From assembly GCA_013265495.1 (NCBI GenBank), contig MU061538.1, positions 2,510,865 to 2,574,864 of the forward strand: a DNA stretch of 64,000 bases, given 5' to 3'. The notes under the pieces are model-generated. The model did no database searches. It saw nothing but the letters and a program-made list of their open reading frames with translations, and was not told the DNA's origin. The translations under genes were made by a program, and so were the position numbers. Positions 47,336 to 61,784 of this stretch are shown here, piece after piece (the first letter of the stretch is position 1; every line of letters begins with the position of its first letter). The DNA comes from Vicugna vicugna (lineage: Eukaryota).

Positions 47336-49794
47336 ATTTTAAGCAGTGAAAGATGCCTCCTTCCTGGGTGGGACAGTTCCGGGGACAACAACGACCGGGG
47401 TCGGGTAAAGAGAAGCCGCGTGCCTGAGCTCCACGGGGGCGACCCCTCTCCAGCCTTGTCTAAGGAGGGAGCCAGCGCGGGAGCGGAGGCTGCAGGGGGT
47501 CTGGCTCTGAGCTTCCGCGGCCTGAGATCCGCCTGCAGCTGTCATCATCTGGGGACGCTGACGGGGCTGGGAAAATTCCTGACCAGAGCCGCGTCCCTCC
47601 TGCACACACAGCACGGCCGACGAGCGCTGCCCGGTGGGCGGCAGCTGATGCTGCCCGCAGTTCTGCCCCTCGGACTGTGCTTCAGGCCTCTGGCCGGTCC
47701 CTCGCGCGGAGCATCTGAAATAGGTCAGCCCGTGCACGTGCCAGCGGGCAGTCTCTGCCAGCTGCTGAGATGGGTGCACACGAAGCAGCGAAGAGGGAGG
47801 GACACAGAGACGGAGTGGAAACGATGGCTGGGGTGGGAAGACGGCTCACGGTCTGACTTCACCACACTGAGTCCCAGGACTCGGGGCGAGGCGGCTTCAG
47901 GGCTGCAGACGGCACTCCCCTCTCCTGCGAAACCTCCCCTCCTGGGGAATGGCCGGCCCGTCTCAGAAAAGCCATTTCAGCTCCATGACTCTACGACGCT
48001 AGTCTGGCCAAGGGGATGGGAGGCTGGTGATGGAGACATAAAACCAGCGCCCTCCCCATGGCTGAGTGTCCCCTCCCTCCTGGGCGTTTAGGCACAGGCG
48101 TGACATTCCGTGTGGATGAGGGTCGTGATTAGAGCCAGGTAGGGCAGTGTCCCCAGCAGCCTGCGCGGGTGCACGCGGTGGGGTTGTGGCACTGGTCTCG
48201 GCCGGAGGTAACAGGACTCCAGAGAGGGCAACAGCCCTGGCAATGGAGGGAGAGAAACAGGGGTTCAAGTCACGGGGCCAGTCATGCAATTCAGTTCGTT
48301 TCAGGCACAAAGAGACCACATGATCCGCTGGTCAGGCAGGACCCTGTGAGCCGATGGCCCATGATTCACAGGGAGAGGCCATCGGACGAGGCAGAACGGA
48401 CATCAGTCAGGACGTGGCGTGCGCTCGCTGACCCTGCGGGGGTGAGTGGTGCTGCCCTGATAATAAACGCAAGCGTCACCACCAGTTGTCGGAGTCAGAT
48501 CCTCAACCTCCCGGCCTTCGTGGAGGACGGAACACGGACCATGACTTCGCAAGAGCTCACAGGACCGTCCGTTCCCCATCTCTCCCTTCCTTGACCCGGG
48601 GGCATTTGTTCATCCTTCCGTTTCATCAACCCAAACTTGCTGATCCTTCATTACCTGCCAGGTGCCAAGGGAACCCGCCCGTGGTCCACGCCCTGGGGGA
48701 GACAGGTGTCTCAAACTGTTCACTGAGTTTCACGCGATGCCGGGGCACTGGGGACGCACCGACAAGGAAGTTCAGTTTCTGCACGGAAGACGTCACCAGC
48801 GGGACAAGGTCAAGAAGGAGGTCCAGAGCGGGGGTTAGGACGTGTGGTCACATGGGGCTCATTTAACTGCAAGTGACAGAATCCTGCGGGGAGCGGCTCA
48901 GACAAGCAGTTCATTCTTCTGGCATAATGAGCCTGGATGACCACGGCCGGAGGCATTGGATGGACGGTGCCGTCCGGGCCCCGGCGCTGCACTTGCTCTG
49001 ACATCTTCCCCCGGGCCTGGTCTTCGCTTGTCCACGTGCCTGACATCACGGAAAGGGTTCATCTCCCAAAGTTTCCCGTGACTTCCCCTGGTTCTCCCAC
49101 TCAGGGATCACGTGGTGGTCCTCGCTCCAACACGGCAGCACAAAGGATCGGCCCAGGCAGGTCAGTCTGGCCGTAACCTGCTGCCTTAAATGACCAAGCT
49201 CCAAAGACTCCCTCACCGCTGGCTGCTCCCGGCAGGCGATGGGGACAAATCTCACTCCCGTGCCCGCTGAGCACATCCTACCCTGATCCTCTGCTCGTGG
49301 GGTCCTCCCCTCTGGAATGCCTCCTCCTCCTCCCCTTTCTGCACCCAACAGCTGAAGTCAGACCCCTGCTCCAGTGCCCCACCCGCCTCAGCTCCCGGCA
49401 GAACCCCCACTGCCCCCTCCACCCCTAGAATCACTGCTCAGAGACACGGTCCTCTGCGCTCGGCCCCGTCTTGTTTGCTCTCTCTGGTTCTTTTTCTCAC
49501 TCTCATCAGACGTTCTGCAGGCAGAGGCCCCACCACTGAGCAGACGGTGCAGCCTATTAAGGTCTGTTGAATTTTTTTAAGGCAAAGTTAAGGATGCGGT
49601 TACCACATGCTCCGTAACTTGGCGCCACGTGATTCACCAGAACAGCAAGTAAGTTCCAGCAAAAACACTCCACGCACCTGGGACGCGGAAAGCAGTAATA
49701 TTCCAAGAAGCCTCAGACTTTCTCCACATTTGGACATAAATAACACACTCTCCTCTTTAAAGCTACTTTCGAGAGGCTACATGCCATTTGTCGC

Positions 49795-50040
49795 CACTTA
49801 TATGACATTCTAGAAAAGGTCAAACCACAGGGACAGAAAACAGATCGGTGGTTGCCGGGGGCAGGGCAGGAGGAGGGCCTGACCCCAGAGGGGTGGCAGC
49901 AGGAGGTCTGGGGGGGACGAAGCTGTTCAGGGTCCTGATTTGTGCTGATGGTGACGCAAGTCTACGCAGGTTTAAAACCTCACAGGGCTGCACAACCCCA
50001 CCCCCAAAAGCTATACACAAGAAATAAAGAGAAGGAAAAA
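49795..50040 (+). mobile_element. L1ME/L1MC-like 3'UTR fragment
   Basis: tatatgacattctagaaaaggtcaaaccacagggacagaaaacagatcggtggttgcc. Confidence 0.7.
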
Positions 50041-50599
50041 TTCAAGTTTTCATCCTGTTATATATAAACGGCAATCAGGGGAGACACTCAGGATGGGTGG
50101 AGGAACAGCATGACCCGAGCCCACTGAAGGCGGCATTTCCGCACGCACTCTGAGCTGAACAGTTACAGAGACGGGCCGCAAAGCATCCTTAAATATTCAT
50201 GACGTTAAATCCTCTTGAGGAGGAAAGGCTTTAAGAGATGTTCCAGGAGAACACCTCTCGTACATGCTCGGCTTAACAACAGTGCATTTCATCTAAGAAA
50301 CTGAAATCGTGGAAGCTGAAATTGCTCACTGGTGTGACGTGGGCAGATGGCCCATCCACACCAGGGCTCACAGCCCCGGAAGGCTCGTCACGAGCAACCA
50401 CGTGGAGGTGGGGGGCGGGCCCTTCCCTTTGTGAACTGCGTATGAATGGGGGACCCGCTATGGGATGGCCAGCGCGCAAGGCTGTCTCTGAGGCTCTTAC
50501 CATCCAGTGGGGGTGGGGATTGATCAGCCTGGGCCTGGAAAACTGGAAAGGGCTGTGGACCCTGTGGTCTGCGAGGGGTCACTGCCCGACTCTTGCACG

Positions 50600-51260
50600 C
50601 TGTTCCTATGGAAGAGATCTGGAAGGCGTGGAAGAGCGCAGAGGTGACAGCAGAGGCAGTGCCGCTGGCAGAGAGAACTCCAGGAGCAAAGGCCCAAAGG
50701 CAAGAGGAAGTCTGTTTATGGGGCTGACACAGGTCTGGGCACCACAGATGGAGACGTGTCAAACCAGAAAGGACGGCTTCCTGAAGGTGCTACGAAGGAT
50801 GCTGGCAGGAAGATGAGAGAGGAACCCAAGGGTTGTGAACCGGGGAACGGGATGACCCGACTGGCACGTTAGAGAGGTCACCTGAAGGCAAGGGGGGGAA
50901 CAGGTTAGAGCTGTGTGCGGTGGGGAGGGAGGCCGGGGCAAAGAGCCCCTTTGGGAGGCGAGTGTGGTTCTTAGGAAATAAGAGGAGGTGAGCGGCCCCG
51001 GGATGGTGGCCATGGGAGAAGAGTGAGGTGGGTACATTCAAGGGCGAAAGGCGTGGCGATGATGCCTGGTGTGTGTGGCGGGAGGGGAGATGCCCAGGGC
51101 CCTGGAAATAGGGGGTGGATGGTGGTCCTTATCTTAACACACTGACGTGTGGGACACAGACAGTGCGACCACCCTGGGGAGAAGGTGATGAGTTCAGCTT
51201 GCACGTGCCGCGTCTGAGTTCCCAGGGGCCCCAGGAGGCAGGAGAGCCCGCGGCCCGGAG
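50600..51260 (-). mobile_element. L2 fragment
   Basis: gatgagttcagcttgcacgtgccgcgtctgag is the reverse of an L2 3' region. Confidence 0.55.
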
Positions 51261-51726
51261 CCCAGGTGAGAGGTCTGGACCACACATGTGCCCGGGGGTC
51301 ACCGTCGCCTAGAAGAGCACACCTCAAGCTCCCACGCACGCACCAACCGCGTCCGGACCTGCTCAGAGGCTCCGGTTCACCAAGGTCTGGGCAGCGGCCT
51401 GAGCTTCAGGCTGTCTGGCAAGCCTCCTGGTGACACTTCTGGGGCCACTCAGTGGGTCACATTCTGGGGGTGGCAACGGCCCGCACAGGAATTGCAAGGA
51501 TGAAGTTGCCCAGGGAGAGTAAGTCGCGTGAGTAAGAAGGACCACCCAGGTCGGGACTCAGAGAAAAACCAGTTATACCTGGGCACTGGGCAAACTTGCT
51601 GGGCAGGCGAGGGGGCAACCCACAGAGCCTCTGGGGATTTGGGACTAGGAAAGTCAAAGGAAGAGGGCGTGGGGAGCAAAGTCAAGTTCTGCCCAGAGGG
51701 CCAGCCAGGCGAGGCCGGAGGAGGGG

Positions 51727-53370
51727 TGTTTTAGACTGAATGTGTGTGTCCCCAGCAAGTTCAAACATCGGAGCCCTAACCCCCAATGTAGTGCACTTAG
51801 AGACGGATCTCCCAGGGCGTAAAAAAGGGTAAACGGGGGCGTAAGGGTGGCCTCGATTTGATCAGCCTGGCGCTCTCCTAGGGAGGGGCACCTGAGATCC
51901 CCCACTCGGTCCCTGCCCTCACTCCCGCGCTCACACCAGGCACGTGAGGACAGGGCGGGATGGTGGCCTCCTTCATGCCAGGAAGAGAGCCCTCGCCAGA
52001 AACCGGAGCAGCTGTGCCCGGACCCTCCAGCCCCCACTGCTGACAGGAAACACGCTTCTTATGTTTGAGCCACCAGTCTGCGGTATTCGGTCATCGCAGT
52101 CCGGGCTGACTGGGCCAGACTTTGGTCCCGTGAAGCAGGCCCACGTAACAACCCCCCAGATGTGGACGCAGCTCTGGGACTGGGCAAGGGGTGGAGGCTG
52201 CAGGAGTTCTGAGGTGCGTGGACGGCAGGGAGGGGGCTGTTGGTCAAAACGTGGACTTAAAGGCCCTTTTGATGCGGCCTCAGACGCTGCTGGAACCTGG
52301 AAGAAAAGCAACTCTTGCTACGAAGTGGCAAGGACTTGGGGCTGAGCTGTCGTGCTGGCCTTTCGTGGAAGACAGAACTTGTGGGCCGTGAGCCTGAATA
52401 TTCTGCTGAGGAGATTTCTAAGCAGAACGTGGACGGTGCGGCCTAGGTCCTCCTGACGCCTTAGTAAAACGTGAGAGGACCGGTGAGCTGAAGAAGGAAC
52501 GGTTGAGCAAAAAGGAGCCAGATGGAAAGATCTGGAAAATTCCCGGCCGGTCCACGTTTTGAAAAGTGAGCAGGCTTGCTCTGAAGGACCACTGAGGAGG
52601 AGGCTGGTGTGGGTGTGGACCACGGATGAACCAGCCACTTCAATGGTGGGTAAAAACAGAGGTGGGCCGACCCAGTAGAAACACTAAAGGGACAGAAAAA
52701 ACGGGGCCAGAATGCGAGGGAATGCCAGGCTTAGACCCTACAGGACGGGACCGCAGAGCCATCCGGCTGCAAACGCGCTCCACCCCTCAGGAAAGCGGAA
52801 GAAAGACCCTGAAGGCAATTCTGAGATCTTCAGGGCTGGGCCCACCTCTCCAGTGAGGGTGGCCCGGATGCCCTCAGAGGCCGGGCCCCCTTACTGAGAG
52901 CCGTGGCGGTGACACTGCCACCCCACTGGGCCCAGGGGGAGGAGCTTGGAGCCACTGCTCTTGAGCCTTGAGATACAAAGGAACTTGCCGGTTCTGGGTG
53001 TTGGCGGAGCCTGGGGCCCCTCTCTGCTTCCTGGCTCCTCTCGGCTGGAATGGAAATGTTGTCCTACGTCTGTCCCACTGCTGTGTTTTGGAAACACGTA
53101 ACTTGTCTGGTTTGACAAGCTCGCAGCTGGAGGAGACACGCCGTTTCCAAAGGGCTGGAGAGGCTCGGTGAGCTGCCGGAAGTGCGCACCGGAGCCAACG
53201 TGCTCCTGCCCTCCGCGTCGGGCCCTGGGGGAAGGTCGGGGATCCACGAGGGCCCCTGGCGACCTGGGCCCTCCCTGGCTCCTCCTGTGAAGCCTGGCTC
53301 CTCCTTCGCCTGTCCCCGGGCACCCGAGGGCTGAGGGCCGATGCGCTGGGGTGGCAGGCACACAGGACGG
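51727..53370 (+). mobile_element. MLT1A-like LTR (to ~52118) plus MaLR internal sequence
   Basis: tgttttagactgaatgtgtgtgtcccc...tgtttgagccaccagtctgcggtatt, then int-like cagctctgggactgggc...ggaacctggaagaaaagcaactcttgctac. Confidence 0.8.
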
Positions 53371-55949
53371 GGAGCCCGGCGGGCGAGGTGGGCACCGACC
53401 CGCCCGGCGTTCCCCTTTGCCCCCGCGTGTCCCCTCTTCCTCATGGCTTCCCAACCTCGTCTTCTAGGCAGTTCCATCTCCTCACTGCCCCGATCCCCCG
53501 TCTTTCTCCAAATGCCACGTCAGAACTGAACCAGCCACGCCTTCCTGACGCTCCTTCCCGCCGCCCCGTTGTTTCCATCCAGGCCTCCTCCTTCTCCGTG
53601 TTTCTGCCGCACCCCCTGCCTTCAACCCTCAGGGTCTCAGCTGTGCAGGTTTTGTTCTTCATTATCTTTGTGTGCCTTCGCTCCCTCCCAGCCTGGCTCC
53701 TAGACACTTAAAAGCCTAGTGCAGGTCAAATAGAAGAAGGCGTTTGACCCCACACTGGTCACTCATGGGCCTTGTTTGGCAGACCACGCCCCCCGGACCC
53801 TCACCCTCTAGCTGAAAACCCGAAGGGCAAAAAGGTGGCAGGAGTGCACCGTGGACGGGCGGCTGAACCGTCGGGGGAGGTGGAGACACTTTCAGGCCAT
53901 AACTACTTGCCCCTCAGAATTGCTAACAAGTGGGTGACTGGCCTCCATTTCTCTCTTCATCTTTCACGAAGACATGGACGCACCACCGTGAACTCTGTCC
54001 AACTGGGTTGCCCCAAGTCTTTGCTTAAGACGGAAGAAATCTATCAATGGTTAAAGCTGGAGAGGAAATATACCAAATACATAACACTAAGTGCAATGAA
54101 TGAACAGTTCTTGAATGTGTGAGTGTGTGTGAGAGACAGACAGAGCGACTGCCAGACTCACAGACGCGATTTGGGGCCCTACAGACCTCCCCACCGCCCG
54201 GCTCCACCCCTTCAGTGCACAGGCGGGAACCTCCTCCTACAGGGAGAATCAAGGGCCCCGCCAGCTGGAGAACCTTGGCACCTGCAGCGGGGCTCGCCCC
54301 TGGGAACGCGTCCTCTCGCCTGAGAACTTTGTGCCAGGAGACGCAGGGAGCTCGTCCTCCTTGTCCCCGGGTACCCCAGGGTCACGGCGATGACTCTCCT
54401 CCCGCCGCTGGGCCCAGAGGGACACTTGTGGTTTAGAAGTGGTTCTCACATTCTTGCCTTCCTAACCTTTTCTGAGTTTTCAGTCAAGATCCTCTTTTTC
54501 CTCAGGGGTCCAGAGGGAATGCGCAGTTAAATACTTGTGAATAAATGGACTGGCACAGAGGACCCACCTCCTTCCTTCCTCTCAGCTCCTGTCTGGGCCT
54601 CTGGTCAGGCTGGACCACACGCCTCGTCCTCCTTGGGCTCCTGTGACTGGTGCTTAAATCACAACATCTTGAAGGCACGTTTGCCAGCAGCATCCTCTTA
54701 CCTGGCCTTTAGGAACACCCTGCGGCCTCTGAGGTTGTCAAAACTACTGGTTAATTCAGGCCACGGGCAATCAAGTAAAAACGATCACTGTGACATTGTG
54801 TGGCTCAGACTACTGGGCGCCTTCACCAGTCCTCTCTTATGTCCTCATCCAAGAAACCACGCAGTCAGAGCTAAGCACCAAATCGCCTCGTGAATCTCAG
54901 TCGCTTCACGTTTCTTCATCGCAATGTTAACAAATGAACAGGTTTCCCGCCTTTTGATAGTTAATCATCTCAGGTGGCTTTATGGAAGCCAAAAAAAGAA
55001 AACCCTCGGAACCTCTGGAAGCTCAGGGTGCGGGGGTCACGTGGAGATCAGATTACAGAACAAGGATGCCTAGCTCACACCTTCTGCTTCAAGGACGGCT
55101 CTCTTTCCGGTTTGTAACTTCTTCCTTGTACAGCAGCTATGCCGTTGGGAGAGTAACGCCGCGCTGTCCCCTCTCCTCTCTCACCTCCAGCAGGAACTAT
55201 TTACTGCCCTTCACACGCACGCACGCACAAGCGCACACGTGTGCACACACACGGCAGTCCTGCAAACGCAGACATTTTCCGTCTGTTAAGCTGGCACCGC
55301 TGTCCAGGAGGGGCAAGCCACGGACGAGCCCAGGGCAGCGCCCAGTGTGGGAGCCGTTCAGCCGCCCACCACTCCCGCTCGTTAATTTCTGCAGCTTCAA
55401 AAACCGTGGTTACTGACTTGGCTGGAAGTCCCGCCGGGGCAGAGGCACCAGTAAAACCCGAGTCTGGAGGTCCCTGTGCCTTGTCACACGACAGAGCAAC
55501 CCTGCAGCCTTCCTCCCTCATTTTCAGGCTTTTTGTTACAACAAATATCCTATATTCGTATAAATTAATTTTCTATAGTTAATATTTATTTAATATTCTT
55601 CAGCCTTGTTATGGAACAAGACTTGTTCCAGTGGTTCATTTCAATCACTCCGAGACCCTCGGAGACTTACGCCATAACAAGGCTGTAGAATATTAACACC
55701 ATGTGTTTAACAAAACCACACAATTCCAAGGTACTTGCTGGATCACGCACGGAGCTCAGCATGGGGTTTTCCCAATGAGACAGCTTACATATTGTGGGAG
55801 ACACCATGGAAAAAAGAAGTGGGAACACAATAAACTCTTGAAAATTATATCCAAGAACGTCTCTCTGTTATTATAAAAATAAGCCCAGTTGCCCAGAAGA
55901 GCAGCAGAAGCCCATCCTAGCTGCTCCGAGAAGCGCAGTGTCTCGTTTT

Positions 55950-56560
55950 ACTGCTGCACCAAGCGGGGCATCGTGTGACTCCGGTGCCACTCTGGACGGT
56001 GTCTTCATGACATTTTGTTCAATCATTTTCTTCGACGGCGGTCGGAGCGGAAAGTCACAAATGGAACTGGTCCTAACGTACAGCCATGATTAATTCCTTC
56101 GAGTTTTTAGTACAGAGGCTCTGACCGCCCAGCAGACATGATGATCCGGGAAGTCTCTGCGCCGTGACTGCCGTTCAGAAGGCCGGGCAGCAGGGTCCGT
56201 GCTCCGCAGCGGTGAGTCTCTGCAGGTGAGCGCCCTTGAGCTCCCCACAGCAGCCGACCCTGCTACACTGGAGCTGAGGAACGGATCTTTCACGAGAACT
56301 GGAGTCGTTTCCCCCCCCTCACTACATGACAGTGATGACCATTCATAACAAAAGCAATTACGTGTTCTCTGTTTCAGACCTGGCCATGTCACTCTGCAAG
56401 TGTCTCCTCTCACTGCCGTTTCTCCCTTTCATTGCCAATGACACCACTTCCCTGGCTAATTTCGATTACTCCAAGACCCTCTTCAAGCCGGTGGTCTTTA
56501 AGAATTACCAGTGTGACACCGTCATCGCCACCCAGAGGCTGCGGCATCCCCTGGTCCACG
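55950..56560 (+). mobile_element. CR1/L3-type LINE endonuclease fossil
   Basis: GKSQMELVLTYSHD (compare RGxxxLDLVLTN), SRH (compare SDH) and a later ANFD. Confidence 0.5.
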
Positions 56561-59259
56561 TCGTCTCTTCACAGGTCAGCATCCGCTTGTCCGAGCGGCC
56601 CCCTCCCTGCCTCTCACTTCTCAGACCTCCTCCAAAACCCATGCCACTGGCTTGCGGTGTCTTCCTGAGTTGTGCCTTCCACCTCCTGTCTGTACTGACG
56701 CCAGGCCTCAGATTCTGGGCACGCTCCACCTACAGGCCCCCGCCAGCTTCACTTCCCTCCATGACCAGCTGAGATGCCACAGCCCCTCACAATAATCAGC
56801 CCTCTGAAAGGACCCTAACTCCTGATTTTACTCACCTGCCCAATTCCAGCCCCGGATGCCATCAAACACTGGACTGGGGACCGGGGACAAGCACCACCTG
56901 GCTGGCTGCCTTCCCTGCACCCTCCTCAGCACAAACCCCAGCGAGCCTGCTCGCTGCCCAGGGTCACAGGGGAGCCGCCTTTCCAGTGGCTGAGACGCCG
57001 GCTCCTACCTTTCCTCCTTCAGGCTCCCACTCCCCTGCCGTCACTCTCAGCAAGTGCCCTGTCTCATCAGCCGTGGGGCAAAGTAAAGGAATGCATCAGA
57101 AGAAACTCAACAGTCCTTCCTCCACTCTGCCTACGACAGAGTGTCTCCTCCTTCCTCCGCCCAGAGGAAGCATCCCTTCCCAGCGGCGGAACGGTCCAGA
57201 GAGGCAGGGGGAGTGCAAAGGCCCTGAGGTCAGATGGGGCCTGGCAGGATGGAGCCACAGAGCAGGCGACCGTGGCTGGAGAGCAGGTGGGGGCACGTGT
57301 GGCGTGGGGCTCGGGGCCTCCATGAGAAGCTGCAGGCCACCGGTCTGTTCCTGAGGCCATGGGGAGAGGAGACCCACGTGGTCTTACTACACGTCTGTGA
57401 GGTCGCCTGGCCACCCTGGGGAGGGAGCTGGGGAGCGGAGAGAGGGGCAGCAGAGGCCAGGTGAGAGGCTACCTGGGAAGCGGGCCAGGTCAGAGGGCAG
57501 GCCACAGGTCACAGCACACAGGCTATTGCTCGTTACAGACACTCAACCTGTAGTCACAGTCCTGCGAGCCCGGCCTCGTTAGGACCCTCCTCCTGCGGCA
57601 GGTACGCCCCAGAAGCCTCTCTTGGCAGCGCTCTGGGACACACATAAATATTTCAAGCACCTGCAGAAAAGGGACTTCAAACACTAATCACTGCGCTTCC
57701 AGATCCCTGCAGTGCTCGGGCCAGTCCAGTTCTCTAGCTCCCTCCTCTTGCCAGAGCAGCATAACACACACGCACGATTATTTTAACAACAGTCTGCATT
57801 TCATTGAGAAAAGAACCGTTGTTTGGGCCACATTTTCCCTACATCCAATTTCGTGCTGTTGAATTTCTCTCTCAAACCCGAATAGAAAAAGACCCATAGA
57901 AGCAAACCACAGCAACACACAGAACCAAAGTGCTGTGCGTGGCAGTTCCGAACCAGTTTTGTGTTAACACAACAACAACAAACACCAAACCCCACACTGC
58001 TGGACAGCGACACTTTCAAAAACGAACCCCCACCCCAGCATCCCCAAACCGCCCCGGTCTGGGGCCGAGCGCCCGCTGGGAGCAGGGGCCACGCCGCCCC
58101 CGCCCGGCCCGCCTGTCACAGCGTCCCAGAACCCTGACCGCGTGCCGGCCTCTCACAGCCTTGTGCGGCCACGGGCGGCGCGTCACGAGCGCTGGGAGAA
58201 CTCACGCTTCCAAAGTCAAACGCCAGTTTTCAACATTCGAATCAAGGAAGAGTCACAGACAGCCGGGCCTTAACGAGTCAAGGAGTGAAACACGGGGGTG
58301 GGGGGCCGAGGAGTCCGCGTGAGCACCTTCTCTTCTAAGTCCTGCTGCAGGGGGGAAGACGGCTGGGTTCAACCACAGCAAAGGGGCTTCTGAGAAATGT
58401 GGGTGGCGTGTGCGGCACACTTCCGGGCGGTCCTGGGACGGCTTCCACGCTGAGGACCAGGAATCCTGCCTCCTCGCATCAGGACAGCTTCAGGAACAGC
58501 AGCAACCAGCTGCGGAAATGCCCGTGACCAAGTCCCCGCTCTTCAGAGCCTGACCTGAGGGGTTGCAGACAGAGACAGAGACCCGCCTGCAACGCTGATG
58601 TCGGCACTGCAACGGGGAGGTGTGCCAGGGTTCCCGCCAGCCAGAGCCAGAACCACTGGCACCGGAAGGTTCCCAGAGGCGGGCCCAGGATGCTCAGCAG
58701 ACAGTGCAGAAAGATCTAGTTCAACAGCTGAAGAATTAAGAAACTCATTTCCCTTAGACACGATGGGGCAAAGTGTCTGACAGCTGCCTTGGAGTTTCTG
58801 GAATTCTGCCGAGGGTCACCGACCAAACAAGCTTGACCAGGCTTACCTGTGTTTGGCCATTTTTCAAGCTTTGCATGAATTATATAAAGTTCACAGCCCC
58901 TCATGTGGCAAAATGGGCTGCGTCAACTCACCACAAGGGCAGGAAAGGAGGGCAGATTTTCAGATGTGAAACCCGCTTGCACTCCTGCCACGAGGAGCGC
59001 GGCATCAAGTCACGTCCTGTCAGGTCTGAGCGGGACGCTGTGTCGGGGCGGGGCGGGGCTCGGCACCGGGGGCCACGCGCTCCCCGCAGCTTCCTGGGAA
59101 GACGGCCACTGGGGGCAGGAGACCACCCCTTCTGTGTGCCCAGCAGCTGCCCTCCGCCTCTGAGAGAAACACAGACAGAGTAGGTCTGTGACTTGGTGAA
59201 ACGTTTTAAGTGCGAGAGACCCAAGGGAAACGCCACCTTCTGCCTCGGTAGGCAGGATT

Positions 59260-59455
59260 CAGCCACTATATATAAAACAGGTATTAAAACAGTCTTCTGT
59301 AGAGCACAGGGAACTAGATTCAATATCTTATAATAATCTTTAATGAAAAAGAATATGAAAATAAATGTACGTATGCAAATGCAAGACTGGGATGTTGTGC
59401 TGTGCACCAGACACTGACCCGCTGTAACTGACTGCACTTCAATTTAAAAAAAAGC
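59260..59455 (+). mobile_element. Short L1 3' end
   Basis: tatataaaacagg...gagcacagggaactagattcaatatct...cacttcaatttaaaaaaaa. Confidence 0.85.
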
Positions 59456-60419
59456 CCAAGTCTGGTCAAGCCGCACACACGGATTTCCAGAGCCTGGGAG
59501 CCATGGACCACAGGCACGGTCCACAAAACTTCACAGTGACACCTGGATGTAGATTTGAACGTCACCATGAGGAACCACCTTCTGTACTTGGAATAGCAAA
59601 TGCTTCGCTTAACCTCCCCACTAGCAAGCGGTATTACTGTTCACTACTACTACGCAACCCTGAGCAGACAAAGAGCAACATTTCTTTGTACACTTTCCCT
59701 TAAAGATATGTACCAGTAAACCAGGAGAAACAGATCCACACTGAGTGGTCCGATGCTTTCTCACTGTATTCTAATTTTACCACTAAATCTGAGGTTCTAG
59801 TAGTCAGTGTAACAACAAAAGAGTAAGTTTCTACTTGGATTCCTAAGAGAATCGTTGCAATACTGCAGCCCCCTGGATTTATATAGCATCTTTATTTTAC
59901 CAAGCTTAAAAATATTATAATGAAAAATAAAATAACAACAAGAAATTACATAAAAAGAACCCGCTATACTCAAGATCTGAGTTAGGCATCTTCTTATACC
60001 ATGAATTCAACGAACACAGGTGCCAGACAGCGAAGTGGCCGTCCACACTGGCTTCACGGTATCCCTAAGTCCCTAATGAACAACACAGCACCTGCCTCTC
60101 TCGGACGGGAGAACCGTAGATGTTTGGGTCACCCAGGGTCTTCAGCAAGTCACCTACAGGGGACTGATGAGAACGTGGCTTTCCTGCCCCCAGCACAGGC
60201 CTCCCTAGGGACTGGCTATAACCAAGCACACCTCCCGGCCTCTGACTTCTTGGCACCCTGGGGAACACGGAAGGGAGGGAGGAAGCAGACACACTCTGTC
60301 CTTTCAGCAGACTGCAGGCTCGCTAAGGGCCGTGTAAATCCGAGGAACCATACTTTCTCATCCGGCACTGGTGGTGTCACGGGAGCCTCTGAAACGACTG
60401 TCCCCCCGCGCCTGGCGCT

Positions 60420-60920
60420 CACTCTCCCATCACCCCTCCCCTTACATGTGAGTTAGACCTAGAGGCCTGTTTCTCACAATGGACTCTGGTGACAGTGAGG
60501 GGACATGAGGGCACAAACACTGAGACCTCCACCCTGCTGACACTGTCTGGGCTCTTCTTCGCCGCTCTGAAGACATCAAACTGCCACGTGTGGTGCAGTC
60601 CCCCGGCGAGCCCCGGGGTACAAAGGCCTGGGGACGGGCTCCAGCCAACAGCCAGGAAGAAACCCCACGGCCACGAGGAACGGAGCCCGTCGGCGACCGC
60701 ACGGGGGAGCAGGGCAGCAGGCTCGTCCCCAGCCGGCCTCGAGGTGGGACCGCAGCGCAGGTGGCACCTGGGTTCCGGCCTGTGAAAGACCCGGCCTCCA
60801 GAGGTCCCGTTAACTGAGCCCGGATTCCGGACCACAGAAGCCGTGAGACGGCTAGCGCAGCTTGCTGTAAGCCGCTATGATTTGGGGTAGTTTGCTGTGC
60901 AGCAACAGAAAACCAAAGCA
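60420..60920 (+). mobile_element. MLT1 (MaLR) LTR
   Basis: gccaacagccaggaag...taagccgctatgatttggggtagtttgctgtgcagcaacagaaaacc. Confidence 0.8.
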
Positions 60921-61784
60921 GGTAAGCGGGTATACATGAACTCAGCATGCTCACGCCACGGCTGTGGGACCGGCTGGGGTTTTATTTACATCAGATCTTG
61001 GACAAGATTTTATCTGGAGCAGAACAATGGTCCCCTGGCTCGAAGAACAGCCACCCAATTAACTCCCCTAAACTCCGAGATGAGGTACTTCACAAACACA
61101 CACTGGTTCTTTCAGAAAACCATCTCTCAGGAGGAGCATTTTCCAGACACAGTTTCTCCTTCCTCTTTGAAAGTCTCAAAATATATCAATGTTTTTAAAT
61201 GATCTAAGACATCACAGTTTCCATTTTTTCCCTCCTTTATAAAGAATTCAGGACACTTTTCATATTCGCTAAACAGGACTCAATATGAAGGAACATAGCT
61301 GCTCTCATTAGACAATTTTCAAGGAAATTTACCTCCATTAGTACAGTTTAGTTAGTATAGTTAACCTAGTTTCCAAATTAAAAATAAAAAATTACTATCT
61401 CCTCCCGCTGTTTGGCTTAATTCAAGAGAGCCCTTCAGAAGCTGTACAGGAGAAACGTTACGAAGTTTGTCACACAGAACAAACAAAGTAACACTCAGGA
61501 ACACTCCCTGGGGCAGGAATGCTCTCTTACAAGGAATGAGATGGTGTAAATAAGCACATTTTACAACAACAGGAACCACACAAATAAAACACGACAGTGT
61601 TTATTATTTTCCAATTCCAGACACAACACTTCTGGACGTGCAGGTACTGACGGCCGCAAAAAGGGAAACTGTGCTTGGGTTCCTCCCTTCTCAAATCTAA
61701 TTCATACCTTCCTACCCCTTTTATAAAAGGGTACTTTTGAGACCATTAAGGAAACATAGGGCTGACACCATTACAATGAGCTAA

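Noticed and set aside
47321..48091. Longest ORF (256 aa)
   Set aside because: It starts inside an L1 tail, has GC-rich low-complexity composition, and shows no domain or splice logic.
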